56,350 nt of DNA from Salinivirgaceae bacterium (GCA_024405635.1 JAKSOL010000021.1:1-56350); one strand, 5' to 3'; positions 43,380-53,545 are shown, counted from the stretch's first letter. Translations and numbers: made by a program. The notes: generated by a model from the letters alone, not told the origin.

Positions 43380-43757
43380 ATGGTCACCCAAAAGAATAGA
43401 GGCGGCTGCCCAAGATTGCTGAAAGGCAAAAAAGGCTTCACACTGCAATTCTGCGTTAACGAATCCCAGATGAAGTTTCTAATTGACCAACTTGAACGCT
43501 CACACTATCATAGTCTGAGCGAGTTGGTGAGGGATATGCTGTTTAATCGACAACTAAAAATATTAACAGAAAGTGCTTGCCAACGGGAACTTTTGCGAGA
43601 ATTGGCAAAAATTGGTGCTAACATCAACCAAATAACCCACAGATGCAATGTTGACGCCATAGGCGGCACAACATCTCGATTGCATATATCGGATAAGTAT
43701 ATCATTAACAGCGCCCGCAAGGCAATTGATAATGCTCTTAAGAAAGGATTGTTATGA
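43380..43757 (+). CDS. mobC: MobC-type relaxosome accessory protein
   Basis: RELAKIGANINQI motif; ATGA overlap with the relaxase. Confidence 0.85.
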   Translation: MVTQKNRGGCPRLLKGKKGFTLQFCVNESQMKFLIDQLERSHYHSLSELVRDMLFNRQLKILTESACQRELLRELAKIGANINQITHRCNVDAIGGTTSRLHISDKYIINSARKAIDNALKKGLL

Positions 43758-45199
43758 TTCCCAAAATCAAATCAGGTAAATCATTTGGCGGCCTTGTCGG
43801 GTACAACGAGAAGAAGGTTGCTATGGGCATGGCGGAACTTGTTGGTATTGAGAATATTCCATCGCCAAATGCCATAAAAGAAACGTTGGAACAAGTCGCT
43901 TCATTCAATCCCCTTTGTCTGAAGTCGACCTTCCACGTTTCACTGTCTTTCCCTCCAAACGAAAGGACGCTTGACAATGCAACGTTGCAAGCTATTGCCA
44001 ATGAGTTCATGCATGGCATGGGCTATCAAGACAACCCCTATGCCATATACAGACATTACGACACTGACAATCAGCACATTCATATTGTATCAACAAGAAT
44101 TGACTGGCACGGCAAGCGTGTAAGCGATTTTCAGGAACGGCGCAAGGCAGGCAAACTTGCGACGGAAATAGAAAGGAAATACGGACTAGTTGAAGTTGAG
44201 CGGAACAAAAAAAGCAAGAAGGAAACACAGGCTCGTAGAATAAAACCAGGGCCCGCCGATAAAGCCAATGTAAGACAGCACATTATAAATGCGATTGCCA
44301 CTTGTTTGGAAATGAAGGATATAACTTCTGTCGATGATTTTGACGAACGCCTTAAAGATTATAGCGTCGGCATAAGAATTAGCGATAAAAAGACTGTCAG
44401 TTATTTCATCATTGACGAAAACGGGCGGCAGGCAACACCAGCTGTTTTAGCATCGGCAATACCATTCAAGCCAACATATCGAAGGCTGGGCAACGTAATC
44501 GGAAGAAACAAAAAACTAATCACGTTGCAGCGGAACGAACTGAAGCGGGAATTCAGTTGGCTTCATAATTATTCTGCTGTTCGGCAAGAAACTTTCGACA
44601 AAGTTCTTACAGATAACCATCTCAAAATCAAGTATGCAGAGAATTCCGGCGGAATATATGGTGTCAGTTTTATCGACACAAAAAACGGAGTTGTTTTCAA
44701 AGGTGGCGATATAGATTGTCCGTACTCATTTTTGAGAGAAATACTTTCGGGGAGGATAACGATAAAGAAGGGCAATGAGCAAGCTTTCATTGAGAAATGC
44801 TACCGGGCTTTGATTGAAGCGAACAATCACCTTGACGAAAAGGATTTGCTTATAAAAGAAGAGTTTAGGGATTTGTTCTACGACCAGATAAGGCGGTCCA
44901 CAAATGGCACTTTTGCCCTTTCATATCAGAAAGCGGCTGACGAATATATCGAAAGCCGTAAAGCGGTAATCGAAAAGACAGAGCGGCAAAAAAATGACGG
45001 CATAGGAATATCCATTAATGATTCTCACCACGCTTCGATAGTTGACACCATCATAGATTCAGTTCAGAAAACTGGCGGAGGCTTGTTAGGCAATTTAATG
45101 CCTGCGGTCCCTGCTCCGCAAAAAGGCGTCGTGCAGAATGACGATGATGAAGATGAGGAAACGAGAATCAAAATATTATTGGGCAAATTAATCAAGTAA
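43754..45199 (+). CDS. Relaxase (MOBP-type)
   Basis: GKSFGGLVGYNEKK, HVSLSF, HYDTDNQHIHIVSTR His motif. Confidence 0.92.
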   Translation: MIPKIKSGKSFGGLVGYNEKKVAMGMAELVGIENIPSPNAIKETLEQVASFNPLCLKSTFHVSLSFPPNERTLDNATLQAIANEFMHGMGYQDNPYAIYRHYDTDNQHIHIVSTRIDWHGKRVSDFQERRKAGKLATEIERKYGLVEVERNKKSKKETQARRIKPGPADKANVRQHIINAIATCLEMKDITSVDDFDERLKDYSVGIRISDKKTVSYFIIDENGRQATPAVLASAIPFKPTYRRLGNVIGRNKKLITLQRNELKREFSWLHNYSAVRQETFDKVLTDNHLKIKYAENSGGIYGVSFIDTKNGVVFKGGDIDCPYSFLREILSGRITIKKGNEQAFIEKCYRALIEANNHLDEKDLLIKEEFRDLFYDQIRRSTNGTFALSYQKAADEYIESRKAVIEKTERQKNDGIGISINDSHHASIVDTIIDSVQKTGGGLLGNLMPAVPAPQKGVVQNDDDEDEETRIKILLGKLIK

Positions 45200-45628
45200 T
45201 TACCAGCGACTTGGGCAATCATCATCAAACGGTTCAATGTCTTCCTCATAGACAGAACCCGTTCCGTTACACAGGTCGCATCTGCAGAATTTTCCGCTAC
45301 GCATATATAGAAGGCCTTCGCCAAGGCACCTGTTGCAAGTCACCTGGCGATATCCTAGCTTCGGAGGGCGGTAAATAATATACTTCTTGTACGGTTTGTG
45401 CAATTTCTCGTGGCAATCTACACACAGCGTTTCAACCAGTTCTGGCGGATAATCCCAGATATCTTTTCCTTCAATGTACATTTTGTGGTGTACTAGCAGT
45501 TCGTTCTCCGATTTCTTTTGGTGACAGATTTGGCAGGTGTAATTGTCCTGCTTTAACTTGGTTTTACTGTACTCACGCCATTCAGGCGTTTTCAGTAATC
45601 TTTCGTAGTTAAAATGTTTATTTCCCAT
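45200..45628 (-). CDS. HNH-like nuclease domain with C-terminal CxxCxGxG zinc finger
   Basis: DNYTCQIC, VHHKMY, TLCVDCHEKLH; CNRCLGEG...CDLCNGTG. Confidence 0.75.
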   Translation of the reverse strand: MGNKHFNYERLLKTPEWREYSKTKLKQDNYTCQICHQKKSENELLVHHKMYIEGKDIWDYPPELVETLCVDCHEKLHKPYKKYIIYRPPKLGYRQVTCNRCLGEGLLYMRSGKFCRCDLCNGTGSVYEEDIEPFDDDCPSRW

Positions 45629-45716
45629 GTTTTAGATAATTTTTTTCCGCCTCCGATAACGTAGCCTGCATTTAAGCGAGCATTAAGGTTTTATTTGGTC
45701 GTTTTTGGGCTCGCGG

Positions 45717-45748
45717 TTGTCAAGACGCGGTTACCGCCGTCTTGACAA
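45717..45748. repeat. Inverted repeat TTGTCAAGACG/CGTCTTGACAA
   Basis: 11-bp perfect arms with an inner CGG/CCG stem, between divergent genes. Confidence 0.7.
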
Positions 45749-45927
45749 TAAATGCGTGCGTAGTTAGATTGGGAAAAGAATTATCGGGGAAAGTTCTTGT
45801 TGTCTATACGCAGAGCTTTTATGCCGTGTTTGACAAACTTGCCGCAACATGTATGAATGTCAATATTTTTTCTATTATTGAGTCGTAAGGGGGTAATGCT
45901 TTTACAATCGAACTAACTTCAAAAATT

Positions 45928-48201
45928 ATGAGAAAGATTACATTCATTAGCATCGTCATGGTGTTGGCGGTGATTAACACTCATGCGGCAGACGCATGGG
46001 AAGGCGCCATGGAAGAATTCACAGAAGGTGATGGCAGCAAAGAGTCGCCATATATTATTGGAACCGCTAACGAACTGGCGTTTATGTCGTATGTTGTTAG
46101 TGCCGGAACACAGGGATTTGATACTTTGCACTATAAACTTATTGCGGACATCGACCTGAACAATCAACCGTGGTTTAGCATTGGCGAGGCAAGGAATCCG
46201 TTTAAAGGTGTTTTTGACGGCAACAACCACACCATTTCGAATATGAATGTTGCTGACAGTTCGGCTGAAACACGCAGTATCGGATTATTCGGGTATTCGA
46301 GCGGTGCAACCATAAAAAACATCACTGTAAAGGGTATTGTAAAATCAAAAAGAAGCAAATCAATAACATCCTATTGTGGCGGTATTTGCGGTTATGCGAA
46401 AAACACGGTATTTTACAATTGCCACAATGAATGCATTATTACTGACAATGCGGCAAATGAAACGCTGTTTGAGTGTATCGACAGTTCCTTTGTCGGCGGG
46501 ATTTGCGGTTATGCTGAGAAATCGGATTTGGCTTTCTGCCACAACTCCGGGGCTCTGTCTACCGAATCGGTCACTGAAAACACAAATGAGTCAATACTAC
46601 ATGTTGGTGGTATATGCGGCAAAGCAAACAACACCCGAATCAAATGCTGCTGCAACAATTCGACCATTTTGGTTAAATCTGCTCAAACAAGCGATTACAT
46701 AACTTGCTATAACAGAACCTATCACTATGCTGGTGGCATTTGTGGTTGCATGAGCAATAATTCTGATATCAGTTCGACTTACAATGTTGGCAAATTAACA
46801 AACAACTATCTGTCGGCAAGAAATGGCAATGACATGCCTTCGACAAAATACGCTGGCGGCATTTGCGGCTTTGCCAACCAGTCGTCGACCACAACAAACT
46901 CGTCGTTTGAAGAGCATTGCTGTGAGTCAAGCACATACGGTGGTACAAAAACCAATGCCAATAGTATGCAGACAAACGCTTTTATCATGACACTAAACAG
47001 CGAGAATCCATGCGCGTTTGTTCCTGACAATCAGTCGCAAAACGGTGGTTACCCGGTATTGAACACCATTTATGAAATCATAACTGAAACGAAAGCCGGC
47101 GAAGGAATAACCGTTAATGGCGCTGATTTTTTCAATGGTAAAGAGATTACAATCAAAGCACATCCCGCTGTTGGCTATCATTTTGTAAAATGGACCGACG
47201 GCAACGATATTACTGACAGTGTGCAGAATATCATCGTGTCGCGCGACAGCGTTTTTGGTGCGATTTTCGAAATCAACCAATATACGGTTTCTGTTGATTT
47301 TAATGAAGGCATGGGCACAGTTTCGGGGGCCGCCGAATACAATCACGGCGATACCGTCAGCCTTGTGGCTGCAGCGAAGATTGGCTATAAGTTCGCAAAT
47401 TGGAATGGCGGCATTCAAGTTGATTCAATCAGTTTCATTATAGAAAACGACACCACAATAACCGCTAGTTTCGACAAGTTGTACAAAGCGTCTGCGGCCG
47501 CTAGTGACTCTGCCAAAGGTTTTGTTGCAATTGCCGGACTTGACAAAAACGGATTCTGCGGGAAGGATTCTGTTGTCACTTTCACGGCAAATGCCAAAGC
47601 GGGATTCCGTTTTGTGAAATGGACCGACGGCGATACTGCAAATCCACGTGCAGTCAGCATAAAATCAGACACCACACTGAATGCTTATTTTGCCAAATGC
47701 CATACTGTTACGACATTGTCGGACAATGAGTGGGGATATGTTGAAGGCGGTGGCATATATGAGCACGATTCCACAGCTCTGCTGCTGGCAGTAGCCACAC
47801 AATATGTGACTGGCGGATTCGGATTTCTGAAATGGAACGACGGCAACAGAGAGAATCCGCGCAGGATAACTGTCACCAAAGACACTTTGCTTGCCGCAAT
47901 TTTTACAACGCATGATACTGTTTATGTGCATGATACGACATACATCCATGATACCATAAACGTTGCTTCTGTTACCAGCAAAGAAGTGATTGACGTCAGC
48001 ATTTATCCAAACCCGACCATATCTTTTGTCAATGTGAGCGCTTCAAAGTTCTTCTCATATATTCTGACCGACGCTCGCGGTGTGGTGCTTAAGCGTGAAG
48101 ACGAGAACACTTCGTTCATCATTGATATGTCGGAATATGCTGACGGAGTATATTTTATTACCACATCGGACGGCATTACGCACAAAATTGTGAAGAATTA
48201 A
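45928..48201 (+). CDS. T9SS-secreted surface protein with GLUG-like repeats and InlB-B-like repeats
   Basis: Signal peptide, GDGSKESPYII, FKGVFDGNNHTISN, five GGICG repeats, GYxFxxWxDG repeats, HDT linker, SIYPNP...GVYF...KIVK C-terminal sorting domain. Confidence 0.88.
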   Translation: MRKITFISIVMVLAVINTHAADAWEGAMEEFTEGDGSKESPYIIGTANELAFMSYVVSAGTQGFDTLHYKLIADIDLNNQPWFSIGEARNPFKGVFDGNNHTISNMNVADSSAETRSIGLFGYSSGATIKNITVKGIVKSKRSKSITSYCGGICGYAKNTVFYNCHNECIITDNAANETLFECIDSSFVGGICGYAEKSDLAFCHNSGALSTESVTENTNESILHVGGICGKANNTRIKCCCNNSTILVKSAQTSDYITCYNRTYHYAGGICGCMSNNSDISSTYNVGKLTNNYLSARNGNDMPSTKYAGGICGFANQSSTTTNSSFEEHCCESSTYGGTKTNANSMQTNAFIMTLNSENPCAFVPDNQSQNGGYPVLNTIYEIITETKAGEGITVNGADFFNGKEITIKAHPAVGYHFVKWTDGNDITDSVQNIIVSRDSVFGAIFEINQYTVSVDFNEGMGTVSGAAEYNHGDTVSLVAAAKIGYKFANWNGGIQVDSISFIIENDTTITASFDKLYKASAAASDSAKGFVAIAGLDKNGFCGKDSVVTFTANAKAGFRFVKWTDGDTANPRAVSIKSDTTLNAYFAKCHTVTTLSDNEWGYVEGGGIYEHDSTALLLAVATQYVTGGFGFLKWNDGNRENPRRITVTKDTLLAAIFTTHDTVYVHDTTYIHDTINVASVTSKEVIDVSIYPNPTISFVNVSASKFFSYILTDARGVVLKREDENTSFIIDMSEYADGVYFITTSDGITHKIVKN

Positions 48202-49925
48202 AAATCTCCGTTCCAGTGGCACTTGCCATCGGTGCGCTTTATGCCGCAACTGAAGTTGTAGGTGTAGGTCAAATTGAGAGAGTATTGCGGACTGCCGGGT
48301 TTTGAGTTATTGGTAAGTGCCGAATAATTCAGATTGACATTGTGGTGCTCCAGAAACGAGTAGTCGAGCGTGGCGCGCAAGTTAGTAATGGCATAGTCGG
48401 TTTCCGATTTCACAGTGTTGTAGGTTGCAGAAAAACTGGCCCTTAGATTCTTTACAAACGAATTGCTCAAAGTGGCACTATAGGTAGCCACATCGGTTTT
48501 CTGCGGTGCAGCATCGGTGCGGTTGAAGTTAGCCGACAGTGACAGAGTCGTCTTTGAGTCGGAATGCGAAATTTGATACGACAGGTTCAGATTGTGAAGG
48601 CGCGTATCAGTAAAATCATCGCTATACTTCTGCTCATGCGACGTTTTCTGGTAACTGTAACTGGTAGATATGGTTTGTGATAATGCTTGCGGGTCGCCGA
48701 AAGTGTAGCTGGCGGTGCCGTTGGTGCTGAAGTTTAACTCTGTGTAGCTCAGCGTATCAAGATTCTGATACTGATTGGTCTCCGTGGCTTTCTCAACAAC
48801 ATCTTTTATATAGACATACGACTGGATATTCGACACCGAACCGCTAAGTGACAGTCTTTCGATTGGTGCCAGCTGCAGCCCGACATTATAAATAGCCTGC
48901 GTGTTGGTGTTCACTTCCTGATTTTCAAGATTGTCGCGCTGATAGCCCACACTGCCGCTAATGTTGGCAAATTTGCCTATCCGTGCAGCAAAGTCGGCAG
49001 TCAGATTTCGGAAATCATCGGTGTTGTAGTACGAGCTGAAAGTGGCGTAATTGGGCGACACTTGCTCATACGACACGCCCAACGTGCCGAAGCTGACCGA
49101 TTGGTTTGCCGACACCTTGAAAGCCTGATAGCGATAGGTGTCGTCGTCTTTTGACAGAATGCCAGGCGACAAGTTGGTGCTGTCGTCTTTCGAACAATTG
49201 TTGTCGATGATGCTGGTGGCGTACTGGACCGATACGGTTGTGGCTTCGAAGGGGTGCGCATTGACAGTCAACCCCAACGCCACATTACCTTTCGGCGCAA
49301 CATAGTTCGTATCCGACCTGTCGGGCGAGATTGAGTTCTCAATATCGGCAGAGCGCACCGCATTGACGCTGACATCGAACATATCGGCCTTGTAGCCAAT
49401 CATCATGCCACCGCTCATGCGCCTGTAAAGGGGTTGCATAAGAGTGCTGTCGAATTCAACAGCCTTGTTGAACCTTCCGTAATAGGCGCTGAACGACAGC
49501 GGGAAATCGGGCGGTGTGAGTTCTACGCCGCCGCCCATAAACTCACGTCCCGACATTGTGTAGGGCGAGAACGACATTGTTGAGTAGCCTATGTAGGTTT
49601 TTATCCACCGATACGACGGCGCTAACGAAAATCTGTTGAACGGATAGGCAATTGTTGACGCATACTCGTTGTTGGTGTACGAGAAACTCATCGGAACTGA
49701 CACAACTCCGAAAAACGTTGTATTCAGACTGCCTGACAGATAATAGGAATAAGGCAAGTTGGTTTTCAAAGAGTCTTTGGGCCATGTGAAAATGTTGCTC
49801 ATGGTTATGGCGCCAGAACTTCTCCACGGGTCGGCTTTCACAACCTGCTCAACATCCTGCGCTTGTCCGCCTACAGCCCATGTCAGGACAAGAAGAATCA
49901 GTATGAATCGGATTTGCCGGTTCAT
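48198..49925 (-). CDS. Outer-membrane beta-barrel protein of unknown function
   Basis: Signal peptide, many amphipathic strands, terminal Phe; coupled to the FN3 gene (5-bp gap). Confidence 0.75.
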   Translation of the reverse strand: MNRQIRFILILLVLTWAVGGQAQDVEQVVKADPWRSSGAITMSNIFTWPKDSLKTNLPYSYYLSGSLNTTFFGVVSVPMSFSYTNNEYASTIAYPFNRFSLAPSYRWIKTYIGYSTMSFSPYTMSGREFMGGGVELTPPDFPLSFSAYYGRFNKAVEFDSTLMQPLYRRMSGGMMIGYKADMFDVSVNAVRSADIENSISPDRSDTNYVAPKGNVALGLTVNAHPFEATTVSVQYATSIIDNNCSKDDSTNLSPGILSKDDDTYRYQAFKVSANQSVSFGTLGVSYEQVSPNYATFSSYYNTDDFRNLTADFAARIGKFANISGSVGYQRDNLENQEVNTNTQAIYNVGLQLAPIERLSLSGSVSNIQSYVYIKDVVEKATETNQYQNLDTLSYTELNFSTNGTASYTFGDPQALSQTISTSYSYQKTSHEQKYSDDFTDTRLHNLNLSYQISHSDSKTTLSLSANFNRTDAAPQKTDVATYSATLSNSFVKNLRASFSATYNTVKSETDYAITNLRATLDYSFLEHHNVNLNYSALTNNSKPGSPQYSLNLTYTYNFSCGIKRTDGKCHWNGDF

Positions 49926-49930
49926 GTGTG

Positions 49931-51979
49931 TTATTTTATAGCTTTAATTTCACTCAATATCGATTCGCCACCATCGGTATACACCGCCTTTACCGCATAG
50001 CGGTACTTATGGCCGGGTGTGGTCTGTGCGTCGGTATAACTGCACTGCCCGACATTGTCGTAAGGCTTCAGGGGTTCGTCGTCGGTGGCGCGGAATACCA
50101 CGTAGTTCGCCACATTTTTAACCGATGGTGTCCACTGCAGACGCACTTGCCCGGCGTCGTGCTTGACAGTGAGCGCTATGTGCTCAACAAAGTCGAACAC
50201 AAACCGCTGCGGTTCCGACGGTTCAGAGCGGTTGCCCGACTCATCGACAGCCACAACCTGATAGACATAGATGCCGGTGGTTGTCAGAGTACTGTCGGAC
50301 CATTCGCTGATTGTGCCTTGCGGAACTGTCTTAACATCGGTATAAGCACTGTCGGCCAATGCTTTGCGCATTACGGCATGAGCGGCGACATCGGAACTGT
50401 TGCTGGCCACCCAAACAAGTTTCGGAAATCCGCCTGAAACGGCAGTTATCGGTCTGAGCACCGGCGATGCGGGCGGTATGGTGTCTGGGCGGGTAAGCAC
50501 AAGTGTCTCCGACGGCTCCGAAAGGTTGTCGCGCACATCGATAGCCCGCACCTGATAGTACACCTTGCGTGTCAGTGTGTTCAGATTAACACTGGTGTAA
50601 AACACCGTGTCTTTGATTATTGAGTTGGACAGCAATGCGAACTCCGTGTTGGGCAGGTTCGACGTGTAGACGCGGTAGCCGTTCAAATCGCTTTCGGTGT
50701 TGGCTCGCCAACTTATTGTGGCTATTCCGGTGGTGTCGATTTCGCCATGCAGCGCAACAGGCGGCGCAGGCGGGAAACTGTCTATCAGCCCCACGTAGGT
50801 GACGTAGGGCGATAGCCTCTCAACATCGCTGTTGTAGGCCGAAACCTTATAGTAGTTGGTCATTCCGGGCATCAGGTCGGTGAAATGGCGCTGACGCGAA
50901 TCGGTGCCTTCAAAAATCTTGTGCAATCGTTGGTTTGGTCCCGACTGCGAATAGACGCGAAATCCAAATACGCTCGACTCAAGGCTATCAGGAAAATACC
51001 ACTCCAGCTCAACGTTGCGATTGTCGATAACATTATAGTTGACAATGGTTGGCGCCATATCCAGCGGTGGTGCGGCACACGCCTCAACCGAATCTGACGG
51101 CTGGCTTATGCGCCCGAAACAGTCAACTCCGCGAATGCGGTATAGAAATGGCACGTTGTTGACCGGCAGCGAGTCAGTGTAATAAACCATATTGGCACTG
51201 CGCGGCGAGTCGCCCGTAATGCTGACAACATTCTCATCAGACAGAGCCTGGAATGTGGCGCCCCCGTCGTCGGAACGCTCAACAATGTATGCGGTGTAGT
51301 AGTCTCTCATAATTGTAATATCCCATTGCAGGTTGACGGCAAGGTTGCCGCTTCGTGCTTCGGGTGCCGGTAAGTTTGCCATTGGTGTCTCAATGCCGGG
51401 ATTCACAAAGTCCATTGCGGTGTCCTGCCTGATGGTGTCGGGCAGATTGGCCAAAAAGACATGATACAGATACTTCTCGTTTTTGTTCACGCACGTATCG
51501 GTATACATCAACCCCGACAATTCGGCGGCTTTGGGCGACATGTCGGCGGCGTAGAGCGCAAAAGCGAAGCGCTGCTGCTGCTGACGATACTGCTGATAGA
51601 TGGCACGGGCTGTTGACGCCGCAGTTGACGTTTCCACCTCGCCATAGAGGCACTCTGCGGCAATGGCCACATACTTGTCGTTGGCAAAGGGTTCCCATTG
51701 GGCAAGTGGAGCAACCTTGACATGAGCTGTAAGAATGTTGGCCGGATTCTGAATCTCTTCGGGTGCAAGCACCTCGCCGCTGCGCAGTATGGTGTAGCGC
51801 TTAATGGTGTAGCCCATGGTGTCGGCAATGTGCCACGTGGCATAATCGGCGGGCGCCCAACGCAGCACCACACCACTGCCCGTCACGCAGTGGCGCATTT
51901 TTGTGGTGTAGGTTTGCCCCACGGCCGTGCCGCATGCTACGCACAGCATTATGAGAATTAGTTTTTTAAGGTTTGGCAT
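49931..51979 (-). CDS. Secreted multi-fibronectin-type-III protein
   Basis: Signal peptide; repeated W...Y..YR...Y.Y.V.AVD..GN.S..S FN3 pattern, DSFPPAPP and DTIPPASP linkers. Confidence 0.85.
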   Translation of the reverse strand: MPNLKKLILIMLCVACGTAVGQTYTTKMRHCVTGSGVVLRWAPADYATWHIADTMGYTIKRYTILRSGEVLAPEEIQNPANILTAHVKVAPLAQWEPFANDKYVAIAAECLYGEVETSTAASTARAIYQQYRQQQQRFAFALYAADMSPKAAELSGLMYTDTCVNKNEKYLYHVFLANLPDTIRQDTAMDFVNPGIETPMANLPAPEARSGNLAVNLQWDITIMRDYYTAYIVERSDDGGATFQALSDENVVSITGDSPRSANMVYYTDSLPVNNVPFLYRIRGVDCFGRISQPSDSVEACAAPPLDMAPTIVNYNVIDNRNVELEWYFPDSLESSVFGFRVYSQSGPNQRLHKIFEGTDSRQRHFTDLMPGMTNYYKVSAYNSDVERLSPYVTYVGLIDSFPPAPPVALHGEIDTTGIATISWRANTESDLNGYRVYTSNLPNTEFALLSNSIIKDTVFYTSVNLNTLTRKVYYQVRAIDVRDNLSEPSETLVLTRPDTIPPASPVLRPITAVSGGFPKLVWVASNSSDVAAHAVMRKALADSAYTDVKTVPQGTISEWSDSTLTTTGIYVYQVVAVDESGNRSEPSEPQRFVFDFVEHIALTVKHDAGQVRLQWTPSVKNVANYVVFRATDDEPLKPYDNVGQCSYTDAQTTPGHKYRYAVKAVYTDGGESILSEIKAIK

Positions 51980-51982
51980 GGT

Positions 51983-52675
51983 TTAGTTGGTTTTATCACG
52001 TTCCATATCCTCTGCCATCTTGCCAAAGCGAGCTTTTAGAATTTCTTTGGCCTTGTCTAAGCCAAACTGCAAATTTGACTTTCTTCTTCTATCTGGAATA
52101 TATTTTGAAAGAACCCACTTGCCATCTTTCAGTTTATATTCTTCTACTGGCGCATTATCCTCAGGTCCCCAATCTGGTCGTTCTATGCCATCGTCACCAA
52201 CAGCTCCACCATCGGCATAAAGATGCTCTTGCCTTATATAGTAAAAGAACACATCAAAATATACTTCCACTTCATCACTTAGTGCTTTTTCTGTCATTCC
52301 GGATTTTATTTTTCGAATAAGCTCATTATGAAGTCGCCATTGTATATGACTGAATTTCTTTGTGTTACATATTCTTGAAACAGTTGTATCCTTAGGCAGT
52401 AAAATCATAAATCCCAGACCTCCGTTTTCATATACTGCGTTATAACCTTTTGACAAATAGTTCATCTCTAAAGAATCTGTCAATGGCACTGCTTTAGGCG
52501 TAAATTCTCCGCTTTTAGTCATGGTTTTGTAACTAACGTCAAAATGGATGCTTACACTATCATTTACAGTACTTTCGGAGCGCACTGAATCTTGTGTCTC
52601 TCCATCCTTTTGATTAGATTGACACAATGTCAACCCCACCATAATTGCTAAAAGAATCTTGTTCATATTATTCAT
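51983..52675 (-). CDS. Candidate immunity protein 3 (possible lipoprotein)
   Basis: AT-rich, signal peptide ending LTLC; start overlaps the stop of the duplicated toxin tip. Confidence 0.6.
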   Translation of the reverse strand: MNNMNKILLAIMVGLTLCQSNQKDGETQDSVRSESTVNDSVSIHFDVSYKTMTKSGEFTPKAVPLTDSLEMNYLSKGYNAVYENGGLGFMILLPKDTTVSRICNTKKFSHIQWRLHNELIRKIKSGMTEKALSDEVEVYFDVFFYYIRQEHLYADGGAVGDDGIERPDWGPEDNAPVEEYKLKDGKWVLSKYIPDRRRKSNLQFGLDKAKEILKARFGKMAEDMERDKTN

Positions 52676-52760
52676 CTTTTATGATTTTTGTTGCTTCTGA
52701 TGTTGTAAATCCAAAATGCATAGGATCTATCTTTTTACTGAATGTTCCGCCCCATTGTAT
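52662..52760. repeat. 99-bp direct repeat, copy 1 (98/99 identical to 54374-54472)
   Basis: Aligned by eye; offset 1712; single difference 52738 C vs 54450 T. Confidence 0.95.
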
Positions 52761-52790
52761 CGCGCCCACTACACCACCACATTTCACCAT
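52668..52790 (-). pseudogene. Toxin C-terminal remnant mini-ORF (40 aa)
   Basis: MVKCGGVVGAIQWGGTFSKKIDPMHFGFTTSEATKIIKDE*; the last 30 aa duplicate the 643-aa ORF end with one change. Confidence 0.7.
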
Positions 52791-52846
52791 GCAAATTAAC
52801 CTATACTCCGAATATAGTAGTCTATGTCGAACGTGGCAAAAACTGC

Positions 52847-53545
52847 TTATTTACTATACGGCAACTTCAAACCCTCTGGCAATACGAAGCCATTATCTTC
52901 CAACTTAGACAGATACCTATGCCTTGTACAGCCCTCGCCATTACCCTTTGGATAACTTCCTGTGTTTTTGACTACAAATTCTATCTCCCACTCAGTGGCA
53001 TTTAATACACTATCCAACTGAGTCTCGAGAACATAATCTTCTGCCGGACTCCTGCTTTTATCACACAACTTCTTATCTATTGTAATGTCCCAATATTTTC
53101 TAAATTCTTCAACATAACAATAGTTGACAATTACGCGTTTCCCGCTTTCCGACGAGCCCCATCCTTCTGTATATACATTCATATATTCCTCTTCCAAACA
53201 TAATTTACCGTCCTCAAAAAAAGCACGCACATATTTTACAAATCTTGATTCATCGGTATCGCAATCACCTATCAATCTGTCCAAACGATGTTCCATTAAC
53301 ACTAAATCATCATTCTGGAAATAGCAGAAAAGAGTATCGGGCTTTTCGTAGTCTATGTAACACGAAGTCTCATCTACATATTGCATATTCAAAGGAAATT
53401 TCACAACAAGGAAATCCTTCCTATGATTTAAGACATATTCTCTATACTCATCAATGTGATTTATCTTCACGGTTAATGAATCCTGAGCTGAGGCAACTTG
53501 CATCACACTTATTGATGCAAAAATCAAACTAAGTAATCTATTCAT
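52847..53545 (-). CDS. Candidate immunity protein 2 (secreted)
   Basis: Signal peptide ...VASAQD; starts 2 bp after the stop of a toxin-tip remnant. Confidence 0.6.
   Translation of the reverse strand: MNRLLSLIFASISVMQVASAQDSLTVKINHIDEYREYVLNHRKDFLVVKFPLNMQYVDETSCYIDYEKPDTLFCYFQNDDLVLMEHRLDRLIGDCDTDESRFVKYVRAFFEDGKLCLEEEYMNVYTEGWGSSESGKRVIVNYCYVEEFRKYWDITIDKKLCDKSRSPAEDYVLETQLDSVLNATEWEIEFVVKNTGSYPKGNGEGCTRHRYLSKLEDNGFVLPEGLKLPYSK

Noticed and set aside
45630-45700. Possible integron attC site beside the HNH gene
   Set aside because: Only a GTTA-like core was seen; no complementary end, second copy or integron integrase.
49928-50437. 169-aa plus-strand ORF
   Set aside because: Antisense to the FN3 gene in GC-richer DNA where stops are rarer; no motif support.
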